Shown piece after piece: positions 7,709-17,324 of a DNA stretch of 64,000 nucleotides. The notes under the pieces were generated by a model. The model was not told the DNA's origin. It searched no databases and saw only the letters and a list, made by a program, of their open reading frames with translations. Location: IMG/VR virus record IMGVR_UViG_3300014202_000529, positions 104,790 to 168,789 of that record, one strand, 5' to 3'. This DNA comes from a virus (Duplodnaviria > Caudoviricetes). Each line of letters starts with the position of its first letter. Position 1 is the stretch's first letter. Made by a program: the position numbers and the translations under genes.

Positions 7709-9819
7709 TACTTCTTCTCCGTTCGCAAATCTCTGAATGTTTTCTTGGGTCCTGTTGTTGCTTTGCCTCCACTTAAAGGAGAAATAACTTCCTTTTCGCC
7801 CTTATCCATACCAAGTATGGGTCCACCCTCACCACCCAAATCAAGAACAGGTTCACCCTCAGTAAGTAAATTAGCGAATGCATCATCAAGGGATTCTTTA
7901 ACTGGCTGCTTAGCAACTTCTTTTGGTTTCTCCATAACCTTCTTCTTCTCAACCAGCTTATCATGTAATGAGAAGTGAGTGATTCGACCACCCTTACCAT
8001 AGCGACCAAACCCATAATACTGCAGTCCCATCTGCTGTGCTTGCTTTGCTGCTTCAGATTGGTCATTTGGTGGGGTTACCGAACTTTGCTGCTTCTTATT
8101 GCCAATTGGTTTTTTAGCAAGCTTGCCCAAATTGCTCTGAATCCATTCTTGTGCTTTCGGATGTTTTGGTTCCGACTGGCTGAACTTCTTAACTGTTTTG
8201 AATAGATCTAGTAGCTCTTTACTCTTTGCCTTATGTACCTCTGGATCTAAATTAGTGCGCAAATCCTCATCATTTTTGAACTCATGATAGTGCTCAGTTC
8301 CAAAGATCTTTGAGAATTCTACGCGGGCATCCTGTGCCTCCTTCCACTTGGAGGAACGAAGCTTTTCAGGAACTAAACGTCCGCCGCGTTGTCCTCTTTC
8401 AACATTCCTCTGACGAGACACATCATCACTTGTATCAACAAACAACATCTTAGAATCGTATCCCAACTCATCAAGAACACTCTTAATCTTTCCTATTTTC
8501 TTTGCATCTGCACCTGTGGAGTTGATAATAATCCCATTGCGACCCTCAAGAGCGAAACGATGTCTGAGTTCAGTGACGGACTTAGCCTTAGCTCTTACTT
8601 CGTCTCGTCTCTTCGTCTCATGCTCTGGCATCTTCATGTCAAGCTTATGTTTGTCCATCAGATACTCAAGAGCCTTATCTGAATTAATTTCTACCAGTCC
8701 ATGCCCATCAAGTGCTTTCTTAAGAACAAAATCTTTTCCCGATCCAGGACCACCAGCTAAAAATACAGCTTTAAAAATAGATGCATCATGTACACCTTCG
8801 GATAGCAATTGTCTCTCTTCTTCTAACATACCCATCGACTTCCTAACATCGTAGAATAATTGCTCTGCGTTATCTAGTGACATGGTGCTTGGAATACCTT
8901 TCTTAAATTCCTGAAAGTTATTATTCTTTGCATGCTCTCTCATTTTACTAGAGGAAACCCCCTCAATCCCCTCTCCATCCGCATCTCTATGTCCTGCTGA
9001 ATGGACGGTGATGGATTTGAAGTGGAATCCATTGCCCGCATCATCAATATGACCATTATACTTATTTAACAAAGTATTAAACTCATCAACTCGGTCATCC
9101 CCCATGACAACATGTAAATGCTTAACCCCAGACTTATGTGCTAAAGTTGCATGGTGAAGTAACGATGGATGTTCCTTTGTTGACCCCATTATCTTGGTAC
9201 CCGGAAACATCGCACTGGTGTGCCGGATCTTAGACTCTTGATCTAAAGGATTCTTGTTTCTATCTTGGGTATGGGATAGGATAACTTTATGATCTGCATT
9301 GTGTTTATGTGCAATCTCATGAACCTTCTGAATCAATTTCTCATGACCAAGTGTTGGAGGATTCATACGACCAAACGTCATGACTAAATGTGGTTCCTGA
9401 ATATGAGAGGTAAATGATTCAACCACAGTTTTAGTGAACGACTTGGGGAATTCTTTTGCAGCGGAGAGAAGATCCAGAATTTTTGCATGGACCACAATAG
9501 CAGGAATCGTCTCTTTATTGTCAATATTGAGCAGAGCAATCCAACGATGATGCCCATCTAAGAGGTAATGATCTCCAGACATGATAATAGGTTTTTTTAA
9601 GTGCTCCCGCTTATCCTTCATCAACTGTCTGATTTTTACTTCATTAAACTCACCCTGAGAAGGATAGAGAGAAGCAACGGGGAACTCGGTATGTGTGACT
9701 TTTATATTCTTTTTGGTCTTGAGCCACTGAATGAAAGCGGACACATCTGTAGACTTGATCTGTGGAAGTTGGGAACGTTGTATATTGAGACCATGCTTAG
9801 GAATGTATAGCGGCTTCAT
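7708..9819 (-). CDS. Three-domain fusion: ParB/Srx-like + cytidylyltransferase-like (HIGH family) + Zeta-toxin-like P-loop kinase
   Basis: LLDGHHRW; TFGRMNPPTLGHEKL...SSSKMR; KAVFLAGGPGSGK...RNVERG. Confidence 0.8.
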   Translation of the reverse strand: MKPLYIPKHGLNIQRSQLPQIKSTDVSAFIQWLKTKKNIKVTHTEFPVASLYPSQGEFNEVKIRQLMKDKREHLKKPIIMSGDHYLLDGHHRWIALLNIDNKETIPAIVVHAKILDLLSAAKEFPKSFTKTVVESFTSHIQEPHLVMTFGRMNPPTLGHEKLIQKVHEIAHKHNADHKVILSHTQDRNKNPLDQESKIRHTSAMFPGTKIMGSTKEHPSLLHHATLAHKSGVKHLHVVMGDDRVDEFNTLLNKYNGHIDDAGNGFHFKSITVHSAGHRDADGEGIEGVSSSKMREHAKNNNFQEFKKGIPSTMSLDNAEQLFYDVRKSMGMLEEERQLLSEGVHDASIFKAVFLAGGPGSGKDFVLKKALDGHGLVEINSDKALEYLMDKHKLDMKMPEHETKRRDEVRAKAKSVTELRHRFALEGRNGIIINSTGADAKKIGKIKSVLDELGYDSKMLFVDTSDDVSRQRNVERGQRGGRLVPEKLRSSKWKEAQDARVEFSKIFGTEHYHEFKNDEDLRTNLDPEVHKAKSKELLDLFKTVKKFSQSEPKHPKAQEWIQSNLGKLAKKPIGNKKQQSSVTPPNDQSEAAKQAQQMGLQYYGFGRYGKGGRITHFSLHDKLVEKKKVMEKPKEVAKQPVKESLDDAFANLLTEGEPVLDLGGEGGPILGMDKGEKEVISPLSGGKATTGPKKTFRDLRTEKK

Positions 9820-9851
9820 ATCCCCTCTACAGGAATGTTATGTTATGGAAT

Positions 9852-9859
9852 TATTTATA
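9852..9859 (-). promoter_or_regulatory. T4-type late promoter
   Basis: TATAAATA 32 nt upstream of the 703-aa fusion gene; overlaps the upstream TAA stop. Confidence 0.75.
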
Positions 9860-10316
9860 AGATTAGATCGTTTACGTAGTCAGAGCATACACCAAACACA
9901 TTATGTTTTGCAAGATAATAAGAAACACCATCAGTGAATCTTTCTGGCATAACAACAATGGAGTTTTTTCTTGCTGGGGTTCGCTCCGGGTAGCACCAAA
10001 GATACCCCCTGCTCGTTAAGGTGTAGTCATCAGAATCATGGAAGAAATAATGTGCACCAGGAACAAATTCATTAAGTATGTCAATAGCTTCTACATTTTT
10101 ACAATGGCATACGAATTTATCTTGGTGTTCGATTATGTAGGGTGGGTCTATTTTATGGACCGGTTTATCATGACCTAACCACAAGGTTCCATCTTTACCC
10201 CAAAGATCGATTTCAACATGAAACCCATATCCCAGTGCAACCTGTATGTGTTTGGGGGAGTTCTCTAGTTCTATCGACGGACCTGAAATATTACCACGGT
10301 GTGCAATATATAACAT
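9855..10316 (-). CDS. GDPD/PI-PLC-like phosphodiesterase
   Basis: IAHRGN...ENSP...VEIDLW...LGHD...HCKN...GVCSDY. Confidence 0.8.
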   Translation of the reverse strand: MLYIAHRGNISGPSIELENSPKHIQVALGYGFHVEIDLWGKDGTLWLGHDKPVHKIDPPYIIEHQDKFVCHCKNVEAIDILNEFVPGAHYFFHDSDDYTLTSRGYLWCYPERTPARKNSIVVMPERFTDGVSYYLAKHNVFGVCSDYVNDLIL

Positions 10317-10338
10317 AATCAACCACTTACGAAATTGT

Positions 10339-10393
10339 GGGCGTTTGGTGTGTGGGTGGACTCAGGTTTTTATTATAACCCTCTCAAACGCCC
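10339..10393. repeat. Intergenic inverted repeat
   Basis: GGGCGTTTG (10339-10347) / CAAACGCCC (10385-10393), with an inner GGGT/ACCC pair. Confidence 0.6.
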
Positions 10394-10412
10394 GTTTTGT
10401 TGCATTATGGAG

Positions 10413-11099
10413 CTATTCTGTGGGTTTCTGTACTCGAACCCAAATCCATTGGGGATGAACGTCATGACAGGGTTCCGTCAAAACATAATCAAACCCCACA
10501 AACCCCTGATCTTCAAGATCTTTCTTAAGAACTTCCACATCCTCAACCCTCGTATCCCTATGGGATGTATCGGTTTCATCATAATTGTGAAAGTAATCAA
10601 CCGATATGGGGTGTCCAGGACCAAACCCCATCTGAAAACAGAAATAACCACCAGGCACCAAAACTCTATGGATCTCTCGATAGAGTTCCAATCTCCAATC
10701 CCTGCAACCAATATGTTGCATACAAATGATGGAGAAGACCACATTGTAGATTGAAGAATTAATCATACTCAGAGAATGACCATTCGTATGATAAAGATTG
10801 GGCACTTGAACCTGTGATTCTGCTAGATTCGCTGGAAGTTTAGCAAGAATTTCGCTTGAAATATCTACACCATCAATGCGACCAAACCAATCTTTAAACT
10901 TGATGATGTTTCTACCTGGACCGCACCCATATTCCAAAGCATGAGACCCAATGTGAGTTTGAACCCCTCGGAACAAAAGCTTCCCCTCTTTCTCATCAGC
11001 CATATGTTCATTGTACCATCCAACTAATGGATTTTTATTTTGCAATGACCAACGAGAAGCTTCTTCACCCCAAAACTGACGCAACATTTCATCTGCCAT
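10413..11099 (-). CDS. Class I SAM-dependent methyltransferase (paralog A)
   Basis: LEYGCGPGRN, GVDIS, RVLVPGG. Confidence 0.9.
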   Translation of the reverse strand: MADEMLRQFWGEEASRWSLQNKNPLVGWYNEHMADEKEGKLLFRGVQTHIGSHALEYGCGPGRNIIKFKDWFGRIDGVDISSEILAKLPANLAESQVQVPNLYHTNGHSLSMINSSIYNVVFSIICMQHIGCRDWRLELYREIHRVLVPGGYFCFQMGFGPGHPISVDYFHNYDETDTSHRDTRVEDVEVLKKDLEDQGFVGFDYVLTEPCHDVHPQWIWVRVQKPTE

Positions 11100-11130
11100 G
11101 ATATTCTCTTTCTAATTTAAAATTATGATA

Positions 11131-11868
11131 TTATGGTTTACGACACTGGACCCAAATCCACAATGGATGCTCGTCTTTGCAGGTACGAGTAAGTTTGTGA
11201 CCCACCCACTCAAACCCCACATCAACAAGATCCTTGCGAAGATGCTCAACATCTTCAACCCGAACGTCCTTGTCCACAAATTCTGATTCGGTGTTAAAGG
11301 AATCTGTAAAATAGTCCACCGAACGGGGATGCCCAGGACCAAACCCAGTTTGGAAACAGAGATATCCACCAGGCTTCAACACGCGCAAAAACTCACTATA
11401 CAAATTCAACCTGACTGAACGAGAAGTGATATGTTGGTGACTGATAACCATGAACACCAAATCGTAACCGGGGAACTGGCTAGAATCATATGGATTGGTA
11501 CCCGCTGAAGGAATCATATCCAACGACCGACCATCATTAACCCATAGATTAGGCTCAGGTAGTCTCTCTGCTGCAAGATGCAACTTCGCTTTTTCAATAC
11601 ACTCAGGAGCAATATCAACACCATCAATGCGTTGAAATTTCTTATGCCACTTGATAATGTTTCTTGCAGGTCCGCAACCATATTCCAAGACAACTTCATT
11701 ACCCGTCAATGGAAGATCTCGGAACAATACACTATCATACTCCGGGAATGCCATGTGCTCATGATACCAACCGACAATAGGATTCTTGTTTTGTAGACTC
11801 CATGTCTTCGCAATGTCATTCCAGAAATTGGATTGTCTCTTTAAAAAATCATTATCACTTACACTCAT
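11131..11868 (-). CDS. Class I SAM-dependent methyltransferase (paralog B)
   Basis: LEYGCGPARN, GVDIA, RVLKPGG; collinear with paralog A. Confidence 0.9.
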   Translation of the reverse strand: MSVSDNDFLKRQSNFWNDIAKTWSLQNKNPIVGWYHEHMAFPEYDSVLFRDLPLTGNEVVLEYGCGPARNIIKWHKKFQRIDGVDIAPECIEKAKLHLAAERLPEPNLWVNDGRSLDMIPSAGTNPYDSSQFPGYDLVFMVISHQHITSRSVRLNLYSEFLRVLKPGGYLCFQTGFGPGHPRSVDYFTDSFNTESEFVDKDVRVEDVEHLRKDLVDVGFEWVGHKLTRTCKDEHPLWIWVQCRKP

Positions 11869-12019
11869 GATTATCCTCCGGTAAATCGATTAGATGAACA
11901 GTTAGGTCTTCTTTCCCTTGCCGCATTGCCCGCTGTCTCCATAGAGATTCATGAATGACCTGCTGAATGATGGACGCATCAACTTCATTCTTCACATCAA
12001 CATAAATCCTATGTGGCAT
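11855..12019 (-). CDS. Small hypothetical protein (54 aa)
   Basis: MPHRIYVDVK...; SD-like AAGGGG upstream; fills the operon gap. Confidence 0.5.
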   Translation of the reverse strand: MPHRIYVDVKNEVDASIIQQVIHESLWRQRAMRQGKEDLTVHLIDLPEDNHECK

Positions 12020-12021
12020 GA

Positions 12022-12816
12022 CTACACCCCTTTTAAATATTTCTTTGTGAACCAAGGATACCAATCTATTTCAGTTATCATAGATCCAAATGCAAGATCA
12101 ACCCTAGAAATGGGACCGCTGCCATTTAACATATGACCCCATTTTGCACAGTAGTGGGCTTGCGAGTGCTCAAGTATGCTATTTCTCCCACCCATCTTCG
12201 CAACAATTTCCTCATGCTGATTTATATAGGTCTTATCGCAAGCCTTCGATTGAATATGTGTTGGTATGTATCGTTCCACCCCAATTGAATTATGACGAAA
12301 TCCCCAGTCATGACTTTCTGAGATAGACAACCGGTTCGCATCCCACTGTTGCCAAATCCTCTTCAACCAATCAGCATCCCCACAGTAACAACCAAGATAC
12401 CTCTCATCGAAATATCCCACTTGAGCAAGAAGTCTCTTCTTCACATAAAAGAATTGATCTCCTGCAGGACCCCATATCAAATCATATCGGTCTTTGTTCG
12501 CAAGAATTAAATTTTGGAATCCAACCGGATCGATAATGTGTGTATCATCCTGTACACAAATAATCTCTTCTTCTGTCTTGAATGCCTTTATAAAAATGCT
12601 ATTCCAACTGCGAGCACACCAAGAATTTGATTCATTATCGGACAGGGTATTGTTCATAATTTTAATCTTCTGTTCGCCTGCCAACTTATAGTTCTCTTCA
12701 GATAACCCAACTTCAGAATGGTTGGTAAAAACATGAACATCAGTCCATGATTTAAATGTATCAATTTGTCTATTCAGTGCTGTGGGTCTGTTGAATGTCA
12801 AAATCCATGTCTGCAT
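12022..12816 (-). CDS. GT-A fold glycosyltransferase (GT2-like)
   Basis: ILTFNRP, VQDD, VGYFDERY...GDADW. Confidence 0.8.
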   Translation of the reverse strand: MQTWILTFNRPTALNRQIDTFKSWTDVHVFTNHSEVGLSEENYKLAGEQKIKIMNNTLSDNESNSWCARSWNSIFIKAFKTEEEIICVQDDTHIIDPVGFQNLILANKDRYDLIWGPAGDQFFYVKKRLLAQVGYFDERYLGCYCGDADWLKRIWQQWDANRLSISESHDWGFRHNSIGVERYIPTHIQSKACDKTYINQHEEIVAKMGGRNSILEHSQAHYCAKWGHMLNGSGPISRVDLAFGSMITEIDWYPWFTKKYLKGV

Positions 12817-12819
12817 AAT

Positions 12820-13350
12820 CTACCTCCGAAAAGTAATATCAACCACACCGACACCAACATAAATGATGTCTGTGTGAAAGGTGAAGTCATGATCAATTAA
12901 CCACTGCAATACATCTTGAGAATGCTTGTCATACACCCTAACCCTACCCTCTTTTACTATTCTATAATGATCCCCCAAACTATCGAGACAAGCTTCCTCT
13001 GAAAATGGAGCATCAATCCTCAAATAGTCTATACTGGATATGCCATACATTTCAATAAACGTATCCAATCGCATAGTCCAAGACATGGTGAACTGTTTGC
13101 CGAATGTTCCTCCAGAGGGGTTAAGAGAATCCTGTGCATCGTTCTCATCATGGAATAACGGTTCCTGATTGTCCCCCCAGTTAATAGCGAATGGAAGGGG
13201 ATATAGACGAGGATTTTCCTGGGATAACTTGAATAGGTCCTTAAATCTGCGGATATTCGGTTCGAACGCATACACCTTTACATCTGGACTTGCCAAAAAG
13301 TGTTTAGTTTCTACACCAGCATGCGCACCAATTTCAATGATGGTTCTCAT
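12820..13350 (-). CDS. FkbM-family methyltransferase
   Basis: IEIGAHAG, YAFEPN, RLDTF...IDYLRID. Confidence 0.8.
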   Translation of the reverse strand: MRTIIEIGAHAGVETKHFLASPDVKVYAFEPNIRRFKDLFKLSQENPRLYPLPFAINWGDNQEPLFHDENDAQDSLNPSGGTFGKQFTMSWTMRLDTFIEMYGISSIDYLRIDAPFSEEACLDSLGDHYRIVKEGRVRVYDKHSQDVLQWLIDHDFTFHTDIIYVGVGVVDITFRR

Positions 13351-14720
13351 TGCTTATGAGACTCCAAAAAGGTTTTTAAATCTTCTGGTGTACCAATCCC
13401 CCACATCTTCTGAATGTCCTTGACACGAACCACTTTACCATCCCCGATTGCTTCATTGAACACTGGGCAGACATAAAATTCATTATTCGTCCTAATATTC
13501 TTCTCGATCATCTGCTTTGCGTACTTGACATAATCGGAGCCCTTCTTCCAATAGTAAATACCCACTGTAGCATGGTCTGAAATCGGTTTCTTTTCTGCTA
13601 CCTCTTCAACAAACCCCCTCTCATTAATCTTCGCATAGGACCATTTGGGATGAAGGGAGTGAAATGTCAAAATGCCCGCATCAATACCATCTGCAGTAAA
13701 TGCGTACAAGCATTCATTCGAATCCCATTCTACATACTGGTCAGAATTCGCAATCAACAGCGGATCATCATTGTTGATAAATTTTTCTGCAAGGAGAGTT
13801 GTGCAGGCAGCCCCTTCAGTAACACCATCAACTTGAACGATGTCGCATCCAGGAGCAATCATATTCAACATATATTTTAGCTGATACTTCTCATAGTGTT
13901 CCCTTTGTACCAAGAAAACATAGTGAGCTTCAATATTCAGGTTCTCTACCACTACCTGAATCATAGGTTTACCGTTCACTTCGATGAGAGGCTTGGGGAA
14001 TGAATATCCCGCTTGTGCGAACCTCGAACCATGCCCAGCCATAGGAATAACCACATTCATCTTATTGTTCCTCCAAGGTACGGTAACCAACTTCCCACCA
14101 TCCAAATAATGTATGGCATTATCAATAACAGCTTCCGTCAAATCTTCGGGTCCACCTATGGGGAGAAGGTGTGCTTTGGACGCAAGAGCTGCTTGTCTTC
14201 CAATATGTGAATCCTCTATGATAACGGTTTTCTCTGGAATGGAATTGAGGGCAGTCATAACCTTCCAATACATATCAGGAAAGGGTTTAGCTCTTTTCAC
14301 ATCTTCATTTGAAACCATATAGTCAACATATTCCATAATTCCCTTTCTTAAAAGGGCAATCTTCATAGTAGCACGTATGCTATTTGAGGCAACCGCAATC
14401 TTAATTGCATTCATTCTGAGTTTTTCACACAAATATTGTGTGCTCTCATCTACATCGATATTACCATACAACTCAACGGTATAGTCTTGTTTTCTTCTCC
14501 AAATGGAATCATACAGACCGGTAGGTAATCCTTTTTCCTTGGTAAGCATCTGTAACTTCTTGGTGGTGGGTAGTCCATCATACTTTGAAAGGTGTTCATC
14601 CCAGGAAATCACAAACTTTGGGTTACAGTCTAATAGGGCGCGATTCAATGCCTCAAAATGGATCTTCCGAGAATCAACTAACACCCCATCAAGATCAAAA
14701 ATTACTAGACGATTAATCAT
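13347..14720 (-). CDS. HAD phosphatase / sugar-phosphate nucleotidyltransferase fusion
   Basis: FDLDGVL...KPFPD...EDSHIG, then IPMAGHGSRF...PKPLI...NEFYVCP...GIGTPEDL. Confidence 0.9.
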   Translation of the reverse strand: MINRLVIFDLDGVLVDSRKIHFEALNRALLDCNPKFVISWDEHLSKYDGLPTTKKLQMLTKEKGLPTGLYDSIWRRKQDYTVELYGNIDVDESTQYLCEKLRMNAIKIAVASNSIRATMKIALLRKGIMEYVDYMVSNEDVKRAKPFPDMYWKVMTALNSIPEKTVIIEDSHIGRQAALASKAHLLPIGGPEDLTEAVIDNAIHYLDGGKLVTVPWRNNKMNVVIPMAGHGSRFAQAGYSFPKPLIEVNGKPMIQVVVENLNIEAHYVFLVQREHYEKYQLKYMLNMIAPGCDIVQVDGVTEGAACTTLLAEKFINNDDPLLIANSDQYVEWDSNECLYAFTADGIDAGILTFHSLHPKWSYAKINERGFVEEVAEKKPISDHATVGIYYWKKGSDYVKYAKQMIEKNIRTNNEFYVCPVFNEAIGDGKVVRVKDIQKMWGIGTPEDLKTFLESHKQ

Positions 14721-15390
14721 AATTCAACATCCTCTTATACCAGTCAATATGAAAATGGGTTGTTTGTTGAAATGGAAACCCAACTCTACCCATGTCTCTG
14801 TGCTGTTTATTATGTATGACAAGTGCCGCGGGGTTGCATGCAATCATTGCCTTATCGCGTATTCGCAAGGACCATTCCACATCTTCTGTAGAACCAACTG
14901 GCAATTCTTCGTTCAGGGGATTATCAAGAAGAAACTGCTTCTTGACCAAGAAAAACCCACCACTAATATATTGTTTTTTGGTGTAACTCCAATTGGTGTA
15001 CTCTATGGAAGTATATTGAACGGGTGGCTTTTCATTGTACCACATGACCCAATCTGTGAAATGTCGGTTCCCATCCATAAGGAACTGAGGGTTTGAACAC
15101 ACATCCCACTTATCACCAAATTCTTTGTAAGCTTGATACCATCGCTTATCAAAGGTAAAATAATCATGCAGGAGAACAATGACATCATGGGAAGCTTGCC
15201 TTGCGATGGCATTTTTCTTGTCTGTGAGCCACACACCACTCGAACAGTCTGCAGTAAGAATTTCAACATCAGGGATGTTAAGACTCTTTATACTCTCAAT
15301 AGTAGTATAGTAACTACTTAGATCATTGTGTGGTGGGCGAGACTTATGCCTCACATTGCCACTGGTACATATTCCAAACGTCATCTTCAT
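14713..15390 (-). CDS. GT-A fold glycosyltransferase-like protein
   Basis: TFGICT, KKNAIA, LLHDY, YISGGFFLVKK, EDVEWS. Confidence 0.7.
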   Translation of the reverse strand: MKMTFGICTSGNVRHKSRPPHNDLSSYYTTIESIKSLNIPDVEILTADCSSGVWLTDKKNAIARQASHDVIVLLHDYFTFDKRWYQAYKEFGDKWDVCSNPQFLMDGNRHFTDWVMWYNEKPPVQYTSIEYTNWSYTKKQYISGGFFLVKKQFLLDNPLNEELPVGSTEDVEWSLRIRDKAMIACNPAALVIHNKQHRDMGRVGFPFQQTTHFHIDWYKRMLNYD

Positions 15391-16415
15391 TACTGAATAA
15401 TCCTCAAGATGTCGGCAACTGTGTGTGATATCTGATGTGAAGAAATAATATAATTCTGTGCTGTCACTAGATCTTCATGGGGAACGCCAATGAACCCCGT
15501 CATGTATTTTACCAACTCTTCTTGGGTTGTATAGGTGACCCCATATTCACGTAGCGTTTCAGCTCCAGCAATGTTTCTTGCGACCCAGGGAGTGCCATTC
15601 AACATCGCCTCTAACAACACCAACCCAAACCCCTCAGACGTTGAATTCAATACATACAAATCAGCTTCTCGCAATGCGGAGAGCATCATAGATCTGGTGT
15701 GGAGCAAGAGACTCTTCACCCTTTTTGTGGTCTGAGGCATGATGTTATTTCGGTTGTCATACCCTGTCAATACAAGGGTTACATCATCTCGATCAATAGA
15801 GTTAAATGTTTCGACCAACTCATCAAACCCCTTGTTTGGCCAAAACCCACCAGAAGAGAGGAACATATACTTGGTGGTAATGCCATATTTTTCTCTAAAA
15901 CCAAGAGGACCTATGGACTGATTACAATTGATTCCATGACGAACGCGAACTGCCTTATGTTGGACATTATACCCCTTAACATGACGATAATCCGCTAAGG
16001 TGGAGCACCCCAGGTAGGAAGCTTTATACAATGCAGAAATGCAAGTGGGGGAATTTGATGGAAGAATAAGAAGATAAAGAACAGGACCCCCAAACTTATC
16101 CGCATTAGACAACACATAATTTTGCATAGACACATCACCACCATGAACAACGATTAAATCCCAACTGTTCATGAGGATGGAAGTATCAGAGGTAACAGGA
16201 ACACCATTATGATTTCCCTTGTGCTCACCCGCAAGCACTACAACATCATGACCCCTGAAATATGCCGTTTCTGCCATATCTTTCACGTAATTTTCCGACC
16301 CACCTGGAAATGGAGCATACCTATGAACGACAAACAACAACTTACGCTTAACAAACTTCACCGGAACACCTGCTTGTGTTGGTTGTGCTGGTTTAGTGGG
16401 TTCTTCAAAAGCCAT
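15390..16415 (-). CDS. GT-B fold glycosyltransferase (GT4-like)
   Basis: YAPFPGGSE, NKGFDEL, STSEGFGLVLLEAM. Confidence 0.88.
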   Translation of the reverse strand: MAFEEPTKPAQPTQAGVPVKFVKRKLLFVVHRYAPFPGGSENYVKDMAETAYFRGHDVVVLAGEHKGNHNGVPVTSDTSILMNSWDLIVVHGGDVSMQNYVLSNADKFGGPVLYLLILPSNSPTCISALYKASYLGCSTLADYRHVKGYNVQHKAVRVRHGINCNQSIGPLGFREKYGITTKYMFLSSGGFWPNKGFDELVETFNSIDRDDVTLVLTGYDNRNNIMPQTTKRVKSLLLHTRSMMLSALREADLYVLNSTSEGFGLVLLEAMLNGTPWVARNIAGAETLREYGVTYTTQEELVKYMTGFIGVPHEDLVTAQNYIISSHQISHTVADILRIIQ

Positions 16416-17308
16416 TATACATATCTCCTCTCAACAAATTTACGAACTTCAGGAACTCGGTCCCATTGATGAACGATAGCATACGGTTCACCAACTGGTG
16501 TAACAACAAGACCCTTATCAGTGTCTAGACATGGACCAGTGGTTTTTAAAAAGCTACGATACTTATTAATTTTAGAAGGGTCTGCAGTGGTGCCCAATTG
16601 AGCCGCCCAAGCAGTGTCATGATCTGTATGTAGCGTTATGTTTTTGTATGCAGCGGTATCGAGTAATAGATTATAGGCTGCTTGATCTGGACCACCGCCA
16701 CCAGGAACAAATTGGGGGGCACCTGCAGAAGTGAGGTAAATTGTTTTGCACAAACCAAGAAACGTATGGAACTTACCGGCAATCACTCCAGCATTGTATA
16801 TTGTATTTGTTTTGTGTCGTTCATAGAAAATTGTTCCATACGACTCAATCATATTATTCTTACCCCAATCTTCATGTTGGTATTCCAACTCTTCAGAAGA
16901 CGCAATGATGGAGCAAGCTTTCTCAGACCCCAACAAATCACATGAATCAAAAAAGAGACTTGGATTCTTTTGGAATATTACATCCTTCACATCAGTGGAA
17001 AGGATGTATCTTATATTGTAGCGATTTTCTTTGCTATAGAGAAAGAGGTAATAATGAAGGAAACGCTCAACGACGATGGAGAATTTTGGTTTGGGGTAAT
17101 GGAGTGAATTTGTTACAGAGTCCTTCTCAAATCCAAGAATGATGTACCCGCGATCTGAAAGTTCTTTGACCCCCTCAGCATCCATATTGTATACCACAAG
17201 AGCTTTCATTCCCTTGAACCCGGATGCATCGAGCGAGTTGACCCAAGGAGAGATTTGTTCAAATTTATATCCAGTGACAGACCCAATCACCAAATCCCGT
17301 TGTTCCAT
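16415..17308 (-). CDS. Glycosyltransferase-like protein (GT-A)
   Basis: TDVKDVIFQKNP, YNAGVIAG, DQAAYN, IVHQWDR. Confidence 0.7.
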   Translation of the reverse strand: MEQRDLVIGSVTGYKFEQISPWVNSLDASGFKGMKALVVYNMDAEGVKELSDRGYIILGFEKDSVTNSLHYPKPKFSIVVERFLHYYLFLYSKENRYNIRYILSTDVKDVIFQKNPSLFFDSCDLLGSEKACSIIASSEELEYQHEDWGKNNMIESYGTIFYERHKTNTIYNAGVIAGKFHTFLGLCKTIYLTSAGAPQFVPGGGGPDQAAYNLLLDTAAYKNITLHTDHDTAWAAQLGTTADPSKINKYRSFLKTTGPCLDTDKGLVVTPVGEPYAIVHQWDRVPEVRKFVERRYV

Positions 17309-17324
17309 TATATCTCCAGTTCAA

